This document shows, in pieces, positions 25,811 through 39,300 of a stretch of 64,000 nucleotides of DNA (position 1 is the first letter of the stretch; each line of letters starts with the position of its first letter). Under the pieces are notes generated by a model. It ran no database searches and was not told where the DNA came from. It saw only the letters and a program-made list of their open reading frames with translations. The stretch covers positions 96,596,001-96,660,000 of the forward strand of contig NC_042998.1 of NCBI RefSeq assembly GCF_006345805.1. The letters run 5' to 3'. A program made the translations under genes and the position numbers. The DNA comes from Octopus sinensis (Eukaryota).

Positions 25811-28219
25811 ACATCAGCTCAATAACAAAGTTATTTTTTTCTTTTTTCTAAATTCTTCATGTTTTAAATCAATTGAATCAAAGAACATATATTTTTAACA
25901 GAAATATGGTAACAAAAGGGCATTCTTACTGACTTGTAACAGTCCATAGGTTCGACGAAGCGTAGCGTTGCCGCCTCTTACCATGAACAGATGCATATTA
26001 ATGTAGTTGTATACCACATTGTATGTACGTTATACACATCTCGGTCAACAAACATATTTAAGAACTTGATCAGCATACAAAAGGATTTCTCCAAAACATA
26101 AAGCGGCTTTGAGTGAATGAACTGAAGAACTGATGATAAGAACTGAAGATTGCTTAAGCCATTATCTTTATTCTTTATACAATTAATTACTAATCTTTCT
26201 GCTTCACATCTCACCTTTAAACTCTCTTTTAATAAATATCGTATGAAATATCATATAATGATGCATCGATCAGAATCGTTATGTGTTGTATGTATGTATG
26301 TATGTATGTATGTATGTATGTATGCATGTATGTATGCACGTATGTACATACGTTCTGATTATGAATTTAAACTGCATCCGATTGTGGGACCCTGGTTCTG
26401 GAATTCCATGTTTTGAGGAGCGTGGACCATCTCTTCGCTACTATTATCCCCCGATCTACTCTGACCCAGAGTGGTAGCACTTACCAGGGTCACAGCTTTG
26501 AGCTATTTAGCATATTGACCACTGGAAGTCCTATAACTTTACCAGGTTAGAACTGTCGAGAATATTGCCGACACGAAAATCTCATCGGAACTGATTTGTT
26601 AGGTCAAACTCATTCGTACCTAATGTTCTTAAATTGATATATTATCTCGTCCACTTACACCTACTCATCTTACATCTATTCAGACACGAAAGGACACTGA
26701 GAAAAATGGGAAGTTGAAAATATTAAATTTCTACGGATAACCTGTACAGTCACTCGTTATGGTACAGTGCATTCTATTTTGAGTCACAATATCACGAGAC
26801 ACCTTCCCGGCATTTCGAGGGTACGTATAATTTTCTAACAAAGCGCGATACCTTTTCAAATGTAACAAAAGAGTAAATAAAAAGTGACTCCAACATTTCA
26901 ATGATTCTTTCAAGACTTACTAATAAACAATTCTATTTACTTAAATATCGTTAATAAACAATTCTATTATTTAATAAACAATTCTTTAAATAAACAATTC
27001 TATTTACTTAAATATCTTTATTTTGTTCAACTTATTGAAAGAAAATTTCGTAGCTAGTTGCTGGTCAACATTTCATTTTTATTCAATATCTCTTTGTTTT
27101 TGTATATCTGGAAGTCAGTCCTAAACTTAAAAGCTATAACAGAATAATTGTCCTGCAATTCACAGAACAAACAAGTGTAAAATTCTTTTTCTGACTTCTT
27201 AATATCACTCTTAGTAGATTGTTTTCTTTCCTGTTGTCTTTTATTAGACTTTCAGTTTATAAACCACCATATAGTCTTCTAAAATGCCATCACCACAGCA
27301 CTGACATCTGTTGAGACAGCTGTTAAACACACACACACACACACACCACGTTACAGCCCAAAGCGATTCTACTCAACGCACCCATTTCCCATAATCAGTA
27401 TTTTCGTTGCCAACTCATACAAAACATAGGAAGTAGTAATACTCATCACTAGAAACCGCACAAGATGAAACATGAAGACCAGAATTAAAAAATCCCTTTC
27501 TTCACCGAGACATAAAACATGGCTTGTTTCCCCAGATTTTAGTGTATTTTCCTCCAGATTTACAAATGACAAGAGTATTTGGTGATAATTTGTCTTCATC
27601 TCTATTTACGGTGATGATGACTTATAGAAAACTCGTTTAAAAACTTCAGCTTTACGCTATCATGTGGTGTTGATTTTTAGGTAGGTTGAATTTTATCACA
27701 AAAGATTAACGAAACACTTAATAGAGCTTTAGCATTTTCGGGCAGTGAGTTAGGTTTACATTCCTTTGGTACTTAGTTACTGCGAAGTAGACCGGACAGT
27801 TAAGTGTAATATATTTTAGCCACAGACACAGCGCAAGAACGAATGCTGAAACTTGAGCAACCGACTTTTCAGCTAGTTAGTCTGTGCCCTATTGACTCAA
27901 CCAATAAATTTGTAACATTTGTCAACAAAGCTTAAAATATATAAGTCTAGCTTTTTCAGAACAGACTTAACTAAAAAGTATCGTAAAAAACCAAACCCCC
28001 AGGTTGCCTGTGTCCATATCATATGACTCACTACACTCCACTTCCTTTTCTGTTAAGGTAAGTTTGAAATTATCGGGTTAAGATTTACATTTACCGCCAG
28101 CTCACTGTTCTCTTCGAGGAAGTTAATAATGTGGTGAAGATCATCTGCATCTAGTTAGTATTGGAAGCCAAGCGTTAAGTTGCATCTTCGCAATCAGACA
28201 ACCCTTTAAATCTCTTTGC

Positions 28220-28410
28220 TTGGTACTGCATAAATCCTTCTCTTAGTGTCAAAGAACCTTTCCAACATTAATTCAGGGTGCATCCTACATCCTATCATAA
28301 CTAAGTTAACCATCGTTTTCGGAAGCGGAACATATGTAATCAATTTGACTGTCCTTAAACGAGTCGACTGTGCAATAAAATACTGTAAGTAAAATTTTAA
28401 AGAATCCGAT
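28220..28410 (-). mobile_element. Possible highly degraded hAT transposase C-terminal (dimerization domain) remnant
   Basis: FKILLTV / TVKLITYV / ERFFDTKRR loosely resemble LRILLTIP...KLKLIKTYLR...FAxKxRR. The similarity is weak. Confidence 0.25.
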
Positions 28411-29827
28411 GAAACTATAATTAGCGAAATATATTTTAATGCAACTGAGGTTAATATCAATCGCATTAATATCAACTGGATCCTTCTCTTGTCTCATTTG
28501 TTGATATTGTCCCAAACAACAGCAAAAGCTATCAAATTATAAAATAATTAGTGGCAGTGAAAGAGAACCTGTAACTTTCTCAGGGTCAAATTTCTTTCTA
28601 TAAAATATTTTATAGATAGTCTTATTGTTATTTATTTATTTTTAAATCTAATTAGTTATTTTTTAAAATCAGAATAATAAAGAACCGTACATATCTGTAC
28701 ATATCTGTGCATATCAAGAGACATATCTGAGTCTAGTCTCAGCTATAGAATTTCAAAATGCTGAAATTATATAATATTACATCATAAAACATTACGTAAA
28801 AACAATCATACCTGCCGGTCTGGAAAACGATTTTTACATTTTACACCAATTTTGCGACAACAAATATCTCCGTCGAATAGCTATTTTTTCTTTTTTTTTT
28901 TTTTTAATCTAAAATTCTATTTCTTCTAGTGGATAAACTCAAGAAGTCGAACTTTGATGAAAATACATAAAAGAGAAAAATTCTAAACAACAAACTTGTG
29001 GTTATTTATTTTGCCTATTACTCAGTCAAACTATGATTTCCAAAATATGTTATTGATTTTTTCATATAAAAGACTACAGACAACAGACTAAGCGATGCAT
29101 CAAGATAAAATAAGTATGTTTATATAGAGAAACAATATTAAAATATTCTCGCTTCATTTCTGTCATACGGTAGATTATAATGACGCTTTAGTTGAATAAC
29201 ATTACTCATCAAAGACAGACAATAATAGTTTACTGTATGCGTACATGTAGACATGCTTACTTGTAGGTATTATGATATAATGGTTATGTGCGCAATATCA
29301 TAGCATGTATTTTCTATGCTAAACTGAACACATTAGTATATGCGTATGTGTATGGATAGACTTATTTTATAGATACTATTAATATGCTTATATGTATGTT
29401 CTAGTTGTATTTAGAGATTATTATACAAACATATTTATATTGGAGATCTGCTTGTATGTGTGCGTGTGTTTGTAAGAGAGAGAGAAAGAGAGATAGAGAC
29501 GGAGTATGGAGAAGGAGAAATTGTTAGTATTTCTCTAGAGTTACAGATATTTCAATGCGAATGAAGTGACACATATTTATTTATCTCTACTTGTAGTGTT
29601 GTGTGTTGTACTCGTCAATAAATTTCTTTGCTTTAGTTAAAATATGAAGAACTGATGCTATTATGTATCGATCGATGCCTATGAAAAGAAAGAATTCTAA
29701 TAGGCTATAACAAACATCGTTTTCTGTGATACTCAGATAGAATGCCAACATCACACGACAACACCTTTGCTTCCCTTACACAACTCCATCCACCCAGTAG
29801 GAGACAGATTTGAAACGAATTGAGTCC

Positions 29828-30005
29828 ACTCTGATTGGCTCGGTTGGTTACCATGACAGCGAATCTTTTCCAGTCGTTTTGGATCATTGGCCTGCTGATA
29901 GAAATAGAAAGTAAGAGAGCGATGTAGAATAGAGAGAGAGAATGACTAGTGTGAAATGAAGACGAAGAAATAACACGGAGCGGGGCGCGGCGGTGGGTGG
30001 GAAGC
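29828..30005. promoter_or_regulatory. Candidate promoter/enhancer motif cluster (reverse CCAAT box, RFX X-box-like site, GC-rich box)
   Basis: ctgattggct at 29831, gttaccatgacagc at 29847 and ggggcgcggcggtgggtggg at 29982, in non-repetitive, CpG-richer sequence. Confidence 0.3.
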
Positions 30006-30316
30006 ATTTCTGTCGAATGCAACAGTTGTCTGAGATCTGTGATGGATCAGTCTAGCGGTACGCGGTAAATGATGACTGAAAGCGAGCTTCTCCAGGAAAT
30101 TACAATAGGAAATTAAGAAAGGAAATGAAACTTAATGCATTTAAGTAGACTTCATTTGCCTCATAAAAATTTTGTTTATGATTTCTATTGATGTCTATAT
30201 TTATATATTTTTTTTAAATTTTATTTTGTTTTTCTAACCTTCATCCATTAGAATTCAACGTTGTTGTTACTTTTTTTTTTTTCATTCTTACCTTGTGTTG
30301 TTAATTCATTCATTAT

Positions 30317-30354
30317 TGCTGCTGCTGCTGCTGCTGCTGCTACTACTACTACTA

Positions 30355-30385
<31 letters not shown>

Positions 30386-30388
30386 GCG

Positions 30389-30419
<31 letters not shown>

Positions 30420-30457
30420 GAACTACTACTACTAATACAACTACTACTACTACTACA

Positions 30458-30507
<50 letters not shown>

Positions 30508-30510
30508 AAT
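30317..30510. repeat. (GCT)n-(CTA)n trinucleotide tract
   Basis: Direct repeats. Confidence 0.95.
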
Positions 30511-30914
30511 TGTTGCTTATTATGACGTCGATAAAGACGACGACTCAGACTGACAAACAGTGGTGGCGATGACAGCGAAGACGGCAATAACAATGGCGGC
30601 GATGACAGCGACCACAGAAGTAAATGTGATGACAATGATAATATCTACAAGAACGATGAGAATGATATCAGTCGACAGAACAAGCAAACACTCTGTGATA
30701 AGAAGCCTACCATAGACGCTTGCACCTGTGTCCGTGGCTAAGATGCTTAACACTCAAAGGCCTAACTCACGTTGGTGTACAGCATGTGTCACATGGAGCG
30801 GCGTGGGGGAAAGCAGTTACATGGTAATTTTAACTGGTGTTTCGTAGGCTCTCGGTACAGGGCTCGAGTCAGCTAGAAGAAATGGATCATGATAGAAATA
30901 CGTTAATTTCATTT

Positions 30915-31133
30915 GTATTGGTTTCGAATTTCGGCACAAGGCCAGCAGTTTCGGAGACGGAGCAAAATCGATTATATCGACCCCAGCACGCAACTGGTAT
31001 CTATTCTATCGATTCCGAAAGGATGAAAGGCAAAGTCGACCTCGACGGAATTTGAACTTACAACGTAAAGACGGACGAAATGCCGCTAGGCATTTTGCCT
31101 GGTGTTTTAACGGTTCTGCCAGCTCGTCACCTT
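30915..31133 (-). mobile_element. SINE family B
   Basis: Family B consensus motifs on the minus strand. Confidence 0.85.
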
Positions 31134-31345
31134 GCTAATTTAAATTATATTACCAATATTACCGAATTCCCATGAATATGTGTGTTAGCGCGCTCGCATG
31201 TATATATGTATATCAATCTATTTATATACGTATATATGTCAGTGCGTGTGTGTGTGCACATATGTAAATATATGTGTGTGTGTTTATCTTTTTCTATCCC
31301 TCTCTATCTTTCTCTCTATGTGTGTGTATATATATATATACTTAT

Positions 31346-31544
<199 letters not shown>

Positions 31545-32022
31545 TTAAAATAATGATTATATATATAATGTACAGGTTTGCAGTTATTCAACTATCTCTT
31601 TCACATTCATATATTAACAATTTAGATCTTAATTATAAAAATAATATGAATATATTATTCTATGCTAATTTAGTTAATTGTAAGATAAAAATTTAAATGC
31701 AATAAAATGTAAAAGAAATTTAAAGTGCCTACGTGATAACTGTAAGCCTATTTTTGGACCACCCTGTGTAATGATATATATGTAATAGTAATTAAACAAT
31801 GTTATACATACTATATATGTAATTTACAACGTAGCGTTGATGCTTCCTAGGGCTAAATAGCGGTGGCGTGATTCCCTTTATGGGACTGTCACGTTAAGTT
31901 GACCGTATACAACTGCTTTTGTAATCTATCATTGTATAATATGAGCATTATAGTATATTAATTGATAGATAGACAGACAAGCAGGCAGGTAGACAGACAG
32001 ACAGACAGTCAGTCAAACAGAC

Positions 32023-32099
<77 letters not shown>
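32023..32099. repeat. (GATA)n microsatellite flanking the Tx1 3' end
   Basis: Direct repeat. Confidence 0.95.
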
Positions 32100-32489
32100 T
32101 GTTTCTTTATTAGCCACACAGGGCTGCACACAGATAGAACAAATTACAAGGTAGAGCTTTTCTTTTGAAGGTTTAAAAAAAAAAAAAAAAAAAAAGGAAG
32201 GGGGAGTTTCGATGAAAAGGGATCGTAAAAGGAGAGAAAGAGGACAAAAAAAGGGGAAGTTAAAAAAAAAAAAAGGGGGAGAGGAAAAAAAAGTTGATCA
32301 ATAGGGATCGTTATCACAGAAATGTCAATATGAAGTGTAAAGGGGAGGACAGGTGAGGTTACCCGTGGAAAGAAAAGCCTACGGAAAAGACCACGGTAAC
32401 CTCGGTCAATGAAGTCACATTTTATATTTCTTTTTTTTTTTTTTTTTTTTTTTTGCAAATAAGCAACTCTCTGTTTTCGATTTCTGGGT

Positions 32490-35400
32490 TCATAGGACTA
32501 TGCTCAAGGTGGCTTCGTCATTCATACGTGCCATTCTTGCTACATTCACCCATTTTTTTTTAAAACATTCGCTAGACAAAACTTGCCTCTCTACTCTCAC
32601 TTTCCTTTTCAAGTGGTACTTGAAGAAGTTGATGAGAGATTGACCAGAGAGGAAAGTGTTTGTCTCCAATCCTTTCAGACGCGTCCACCAGATACATTCT
32701 TTCGCCATAGCCACAAGGATGATGAAAATAGCTCTTCCTTCCCGTTTGAAGGAAGGAAGGAGGCGTGACAATATTGACGATAGACTCAGCTGATAAACCG
32801 ACTCGTCCCATACGTGACAGCAGTTGTTCGACATAAGCCCACAGGTCGGAAATTGTTGGACACTGAACGAGTGCGTGCAAAACGGTTTCGTCGCTCTGAC
32901 CGCATCTCGGGCAGGTCGGCCCCGTGTTTCTCGAGCCGTGTCTGTAGAGCTTATCCCGAACGGGTAGCGCTTCTCGGTAGCACTGCCAGGCCAGGGATCT
33001 CTGGAAGTTGTCCATGGGCCCTGGCCCGAAAGTCGTCCCGAACAGGCGGGTCAGGTACTCCTCGTCGACGTCCAGGTTCGCCCCGAGCTCGTCGTCGTAC
33101 CTCCCCTCCACTAAACCCCTATAGAATGCTTTGGTAGTGTTGAAGTCGCTCAAGGGCGACCCGGGACGGCATAGTTGCTTGGGAGGAACGCGACACTCGC
33201 TATGCCATTCGTCCTTCCTCGGCCTCTTTTTGATCCACGACTGCAGTTCGGTCATGGAGACGAACTGCGGGAAAGCCTGCCTGACAAGCATTGACCACAC
33301 CTGTCACCGTCGTCTACGTAGAGCCGGAAATGTCGCAGTCTCAGCGGGTGTCTGCGCATCATCAACCACGGTATGCCCAGCCCTCATTTCAGCGGGTGTT
33401 GACAGCAAATGGATCGCCTGACCATTGAGACGCATCCCTTCCACAGGAAGCGAAAGAGAATGCGATCTAGTTTGGTGATGGTAGGGTCGGGACAAGGTAC
33501 GACGGTCAGGCGGTAGTAGATGACGGACGCGATGTACGTGTTCGCCACATCCGCTCGACCTTTTAGGGACAGTTTCCTCTCGGCCCATTGCCGGGCGAGA
33601 GTGACCACCCTACTCGTTATCTCGTTCCAGTTCTTCTCCACTTGGAGGTCCGACCGAACCAGACCCCGAGCAACTCAACCGGGCCGTCGGTCCAGCGTCC
33701 CACGACGGAGGCGCTGGTGGACGGCATGGGCTTGCTTCTCCAGGTGCCTAGTCGCAAGCCCACTGACTTTCCCGGTTGATTTTCGCTCCTGTCACCGCTT
33801 CGTAGTTTTTCAGTGTCTCGCCGACCAGCTCGATGTGCTCGTGGCTAGACACTATGACGGTGACGTCGTCCGCGTATGCAGACACGCTCGTCCCGCATCC
33901 CAATTCTCGCGGGATGCCCCCTTAGAGTCGCCAGCTTCCGCAGTAGTGGCTCAAGAGTCAATACGTATAGAAGCGCCGAGAGGGGGCATCCCTGACGGAC
34001 CGAAGGCAATGTCGAAAGGTCTCGATAGATGTCCATTTACGCGAATTACCGAACGGATGCCTCTGTACAAGGCAGCTATCAGCCGCGGAAGACGGGACCG
34101 AAACCAGCCGCTCTCAGGACTGCCTCCAAGTATCGATGGTCTACCCTATCAAAGGCTTCGATTGATCAAGTTGATCAGGGCCCCACCCATGCCAGGTTCG
34201 TTAACTACCTGTCTATGATGTAGCGCATCAGATGGAGGTTGTCATGGATGGTCCGGCCTGGCACGGCGCATGTTTGCGCCTTGTCGACCAGTTTCTCGAT
34301 GACAAGCGCCAACCTCTTGGCTAGCACCTTGGCCAAAATTTTCAAGTCTGCATTAAGCAGAGTGATGGGCCTAAAGTTATCTATACGTTTCCTTGTTTAG
34401 ATCTTTCTTCAGCAGTGTTACGGCTCCTCGGCTCACAAAACCAGGAATGCTCCCGTTTTGCTGCCAGTTGCAGTACACCGCCGCCAAGAGATCTCCAAAC
34501 AAGTCTGGCATACAATTGTAAAGCTCGTAGGGTAGACCATCCAAACCCGGTGATTTGTCCCTCGAGCATTCTGCCATCGCTTCCCGCACTTCCGCCGCCG
34601 TGATGGCACCTTCGCAGCACCCTGCTTTCTTGTCGAGAGTCGTGGTAGGCTATGTGTAGGTAGGCACTGAAGTCCACCCTACGTTCTTGCCCTCCACTCG
34701 TTCCGAACAGTCGGGCAAAATGCTGCTGAAAGGCCTCACACATTTTACTTGGCTCGAGCAATTCGCGCCCCTGTTCATCTACCAGTGACGAATGGTGGCT
34801 TTGTTGCCCTGTTGCGCCTCTGCCACCCGGGCCTCTCTCGCGGCTCCAACACCTTCGTTCCTTAGAGCACGCATCCTAGCTCTGACAGCACATCCTTCGT
34901 GTTTGGCGTTGAAGTGTTGGTCGAGGGCCAACCTCGCCGCCAAAACGTCGGATGCGATGCCGCTTCTAATTGCCTTTCTAGCTTCTTAACTAGCTCACCC
35001 TCTACTCTATTTCTATCTATGGCTAGTGCTTTGCTGTACCTAATCGCTTCTGCTTTACTGCTCTCTTGAGGGCAAAAACCATTTGTTGTTGATGATGGCT
35101 CCCGTCAAAGCCCTCTTTACTAGTGTGCTAATCCGGTCTCTGAAAACTTGTCTCGATGGGAAAGACGCGTTTAGTTTCCAGTATCCGGGACCCTGCCTAA
35201 GTGTCTTACCTAAGTCTAGCGTACATGTCACAAGTTTGTGATCGTGTAGCTGACTATGTGGAATTGTGGACATCCTATGCTATCTCTATCTACTGTCCTA
35301 CACAGTATCCTATCTAGATACGATCTCGACGACCCGATGCGGTTGCTCCAGTCCACGTTGGCGCATTCGGGTGGTCTAGTCGGAACCTGTCAGACAGTTG

Positions 35401-35911
35401 AAAGCGTCTGAGCAGGTCTCTGAGGCATTTGCATCCCCGTCTATTCCTATCTCTACCCACGTAGTTACATGCGTGTCCAAGGTAGCATTCCAATCCCCCA
35501 CTAAGAGTAAGGACGAGACGTTCCCAAGAAAACTTCTAGACGTTGAAAGAAATCCGCCCGACCTGTTAAGGGCGGTGAGTAAACTGATACGAGTCGAAAA
35601 GCGCACCATTGCTGCCGTCGACATCCAGGACGACCAGTCTACCCTCGGGTCTACGAATATTGTCCTTACATTGAGATCCAGACTCTTGTGAAAAAGTACC
35701 GCGGTGCCACTACCGCCCATTCTCGGCAGACAGGGGGGAAAATAAATCTTGAACTGTCCGCCAAACATGGTCTTTAGGGCCCGCGGATTGTGGAGTCTGG
35801 TCTCGCTTATGGCTATGATTTTAACTTATGTGACTTTATGTCATTTAAGAGGTACCCTTGTTTCCAAGGGGACCCCAAGCCACGCGCATTTACACAACCA
35901 ATCTTGATCAT
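32490..35911 (-). pseudogene. Tx1-like ORF2 (APE endonuclease, reverse transcriptase, C-terminal CCHC), frameshifted
   Basis: MIKIGCVNARGL, LVGDWNA, DHKLV, GPGYWKLN, KSPGLDGLPYELY, RPITLLNADLKILAK, SVRQGCPLSALLY, AYADD, KLSLKGRA, CPRCGQSDETVLHALVQC. Confidence 0.92.
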
Positions 35912-35942
35912 AGTTCTAATGAATTAGAATACAGAGGGTTAC

Positions 35943-37400
35943 TTACTGCTCGAAAGTTTTTGCTTTCTCCTCCGTTGGTTTGTCCTCGAGAAGATCCCAG
36001 TACAGTTTCTTTGTGAGATATTTTTGGCATTTACCAACCGCACTGGGGAAAATGCCTTTGAGTGTGTGGTGCAGACTTTTGGAGATGTGTAATATTTTGA
36101 TGTGGTCTGGTGGTGTTGTGTATGGGTGGTTGTTTGTTTTTATGTCATCTTCGTTATGTTTGTTTTTTTTTGATTGATGTATTCCATCAAATTGTGTTTT
36201 TGGTGTCTATGGCTGTAAGCATGTTTGCTGTATATGTTTTGTGGTGTTGGTGTGGCTGTTGTTTGCGTTGGGTTTTGAAAGTCTTCGGGAGATGTATTTC
36301 CCCCTGCTTTGTTCGTGTTTGCATTTGGTTTGGTTGTGTTTCTGCTCTTTATTTTCCTTCTTTTTGTAGCTATTTGCCATTCCTCACTGGTTTCGTCTTC
36401 CGACGAAATTTCTGAGGAATCAGAAGGGGGTAGGGGTATGTTGTTGGCTTCTATGTATGTCTGTGTAAGTGGTTGTGTTGTTTTCGTTGTTGTTGGTTGT
36501 TGAGTGTTTTGTGTGTTGAGTGCGGTATAAGGGATGGGGATCAGTTTGTGTGTGTTTTCTTTGTTTTTCTGTTCCTTTGGGTTTTGCTGTTGATGGTGGT
36601 GTGGTATTTTTCAGGTGTCGAGTGGTTTTTGGTTGATGACGGATAGCTTGGTGTGCTTCTCTTGTCGTCTTCTGTGTTGATGGTGGTGTGGGTAGTAGAG
36701 CTTTTTTTTTCCGGAGTGCTTGGTTGTGGTAGTGGTTGTTGTTGTTGCTCTTGGTGTGCATTGGTTGGGCACGTCTTTTTCAAGTGTGTTTCGCTTCCAC
36801 ACAAATAGCAGCGTGGTCGCCGCCCTCTACCACTATATAGGTTTGTAGCCTCCTGGCAGTTCTATAGCGGTGGTATCTTCTCTCTTGCTGCTTCATCCAA
36901 TTAAGCAGGAATTCGATTGATTTGCCCACATAGTCTTTCTCTCTCTAGAACCGCGACTTCCAGGATGTTTGTCTCTGACATTGTCTCTGACATTTCAAAG
37001 CAGATGGCAGAGACCAACCATTGTGTTTCGACATCAAATGGTATGTTTTTTATTTGGACTTTCGTGACCCTTTTGTTTAAATAGACTGGTTATCATTACC
37101 AAAGTCGTCCGAATGCAGCTCCAATGTGGAAAAACGTTTTGCTAAACTTTCGTTGAGGAAACGTACTTGACTGTACCAAATTTGTTTCCCCACTGATATA
37201 TTCCTTGGAGTCCCATACAGGACGAAGGCATTTATATCGATTTTTTCCTGCGGTGCATTTTCTGTTCTTCTTGTTTTTTTGTTTATTACTTTATAAATTA
37301 TTGTTTTTTTTTGTGTGTTTTCCACGATGTGTTGTGGAATATGAAGGTGCAATTTGTCTCCTTCTTTGGAGAAGAGTGCCTTTGTGCGGTTTATCTCTTG
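35943..37400 (-). pseudogene. Tx1-like ORF1 with zinc knuckle and low-complexity T/K/P/Q-rich region, frameshifted
   Basis: KRVTKVQIKNIPFDVETQWLVSAIC and RRPRCYLCGSETHLKKTC (CX2CX4HX4C). It ends WDLLEDKPTEEKAKTFEQ* just upstream of ORF2. Confidence 0.8.
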
Positions 37401-37404
37401 TGTG

Positions 37405-37486
<82 letters not shown>
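37405..37486. repeat. (GATA)n microsatellite flanking the Tx1 5' end
   Basis: Direct repeat. Confidence 0.95.
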
Positions 37487-37487
<1 letters not shown>

Positions 37488-37914
37488 ATAGACATATATA
37501 AATATATATATTATATAAACTCGCGCGCACACAGACACATACACACACAGTGAGATATATAGTAATACAAGACATTATAAGCCACACTACCGATAGACCG
37601 CCTGCCAAACCTTCTCACTCGAATTACTCACTTATCATATAATACGAGAAATTTAATACAAAGCAACAGCGCCAAAATTAGAGTGGAGCATTATACTTGA
37701 GTGCAAAACACAAGGCTAGAATATATAACTGATACTCGGGTACAAAATGTGTAAATCCCATCATATTTGAGATCTCATTGTACTCGATTAAAATACGCCA
37801 TATCTGTTATATAAATTGCACTTAATAGCTTGAGCAGAACTATAGAGATATAGTAAAGCACGTTTCCTTAAAATATTATCTTTGAAAACGTGGACAACCA
37901 CACTGATGCAGATA

Positions 37915-38335
37915 TCGGTTTCAAATTTTGATACAAAGCTAGCAATCTCAGGAGAGGGGATAAGTCGATTACATCGACCCCCGTATTCAACTGGTACTTA
38001 TTTTATTGATCATGAGAGGACGATAGGTTAAGCCAGCCCGGCGGCATTTGAACTCAGAACGTAAAGTCGGAAGAAATATCACAATCTGTTTTTCTTGGGG
38101 GGGATAGCGATTCTGCCAACTTACTGCCTTATGTACCTTGTTTTCTACTCTAGGCACAAGGCCCTAAATTTTGGGGGACGGAGCCAGTCGATTAGATCGA
38201 CCCCAGTACGCAACTGGTACGTCATTTATCGATTCCGAAGGGATGAATGGCAAAGTCGACCTCAGCGGAATTTGAACTCAGAACGTAAAGACAGACGGAG
38301 TACCACTAAGCATTTCGTCCGGCGTGCTACTGCCT
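37915..38335 (-). mobile_element. Two SINE family B copies
   Basis: Family B motifs at ~37915-38125 and ~38140-38335. Confidence 0.8.
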
Positions 38336-38829
38336 TATATACTTGTAGATACCAAAGTATCACTGCTAGCTGGCACAAGCATTACGCTCTAATGAACCAT
38401 TCCATGTCCGTAGCAAAATGCAATGGCAAGAGTACTTTATAACTGCCGAGTGCTTCGTTAATTTACAAAACCGAACACAAGTTTAGAGGACTTGTTCAAG
38501 CAAGATGCTTTGCTGTAATTAATAAGTGTAGGCATGTGTGTGCGTACGTATAAAATGCTATATCGATATTTGTTGCATAATATATATTATGCGGTAGCTT
38601 TAAGCTGCTTCAATGACCAGTTACTCTGGAGTATCCACAACATGATTCCACTCCTTTAGACATGACAGACTGGGCCCCGTCAGACTTGTTCTGAGAACTT
38701 ACTGAACCTGTTTAAATAAACTACACAGACATGACAGAAGTAAATAGACGCCCTTATAATCATTAAAAAAAATTTTAATCTGAAATTATACATTCATATT
38801 ATTTATTAATTATTATAATGTGAATATCT

Positions 38830-39300
38830 AATATTTAGTAGACATGTCCTTTCCATTGTTCAATGTAACGATCCTATAAGACATGCTACTGATCAGATGA
38901 CGAATATTCTCTTTGGGAATTTCTTGCCAAGTTTCATGCTGTAATCTCAAAAGAGCTGGGTTTAACGATGCTTTCTTGTTCTTTTTACGAAGTAAAATGT
39001 CATTATGCCCCAGAGGTGTTCAATAGGGTTCATATCTGGTGACTGGCTTGGCCATGGAACTTTCTAATGCCATTCTTTTCCAACCCATCTTAGGTCTTTT
39101 TAGCCGCGTGACAAAGAGCCTCAGCTTCCATAAGTAGTCTTCTTTAAACATTTTGCTATTGGAGATGTGGACTCCTTCCCCTTTCTGGGGAATTGCACAA
39201 TCATTCTATTAGCTGCAAAAAGCGGAATCCCAAGGTTTTCTGCGATTTTACGCTAAGTCCCCCTTTAGATTAACCCACAGTACGGTTTCTTTGAAATTTG
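38830..39300 (-). mobile_element. Tc1-type (DD34E) transposase remnant
   Basis: Minus strand 39000-39060 reads VPWPSQSPDMNPIEHLWGIM. The outer limits are approximate. Confidence 0.7.

Larger units (their letters stand above)
32101..37404 (-). mobile_element. L1/Tx1-clade LINE (ORF1 + ORF2 + 3' UTR), probably 5'-truncated near the ORF1 start, with many frameshifts
   Basis: Two ORFs with EN, RT and CCHC motifs, a T-rich 3' UTR ending aataaagaaac, and (GATA)n on both sides. Confidence 0.93.

Noticed and set aside
30261-30572. Poly-Leu 'membrane protein' ORF
   Set aside because: It is a (CTA)n microsatellite.
33520-34218. 232-aa plus-strand ORF and similar ORFs at 12980-13630
   Set aside because: Antisense shadows of GC-rich retroelement coding sequence.
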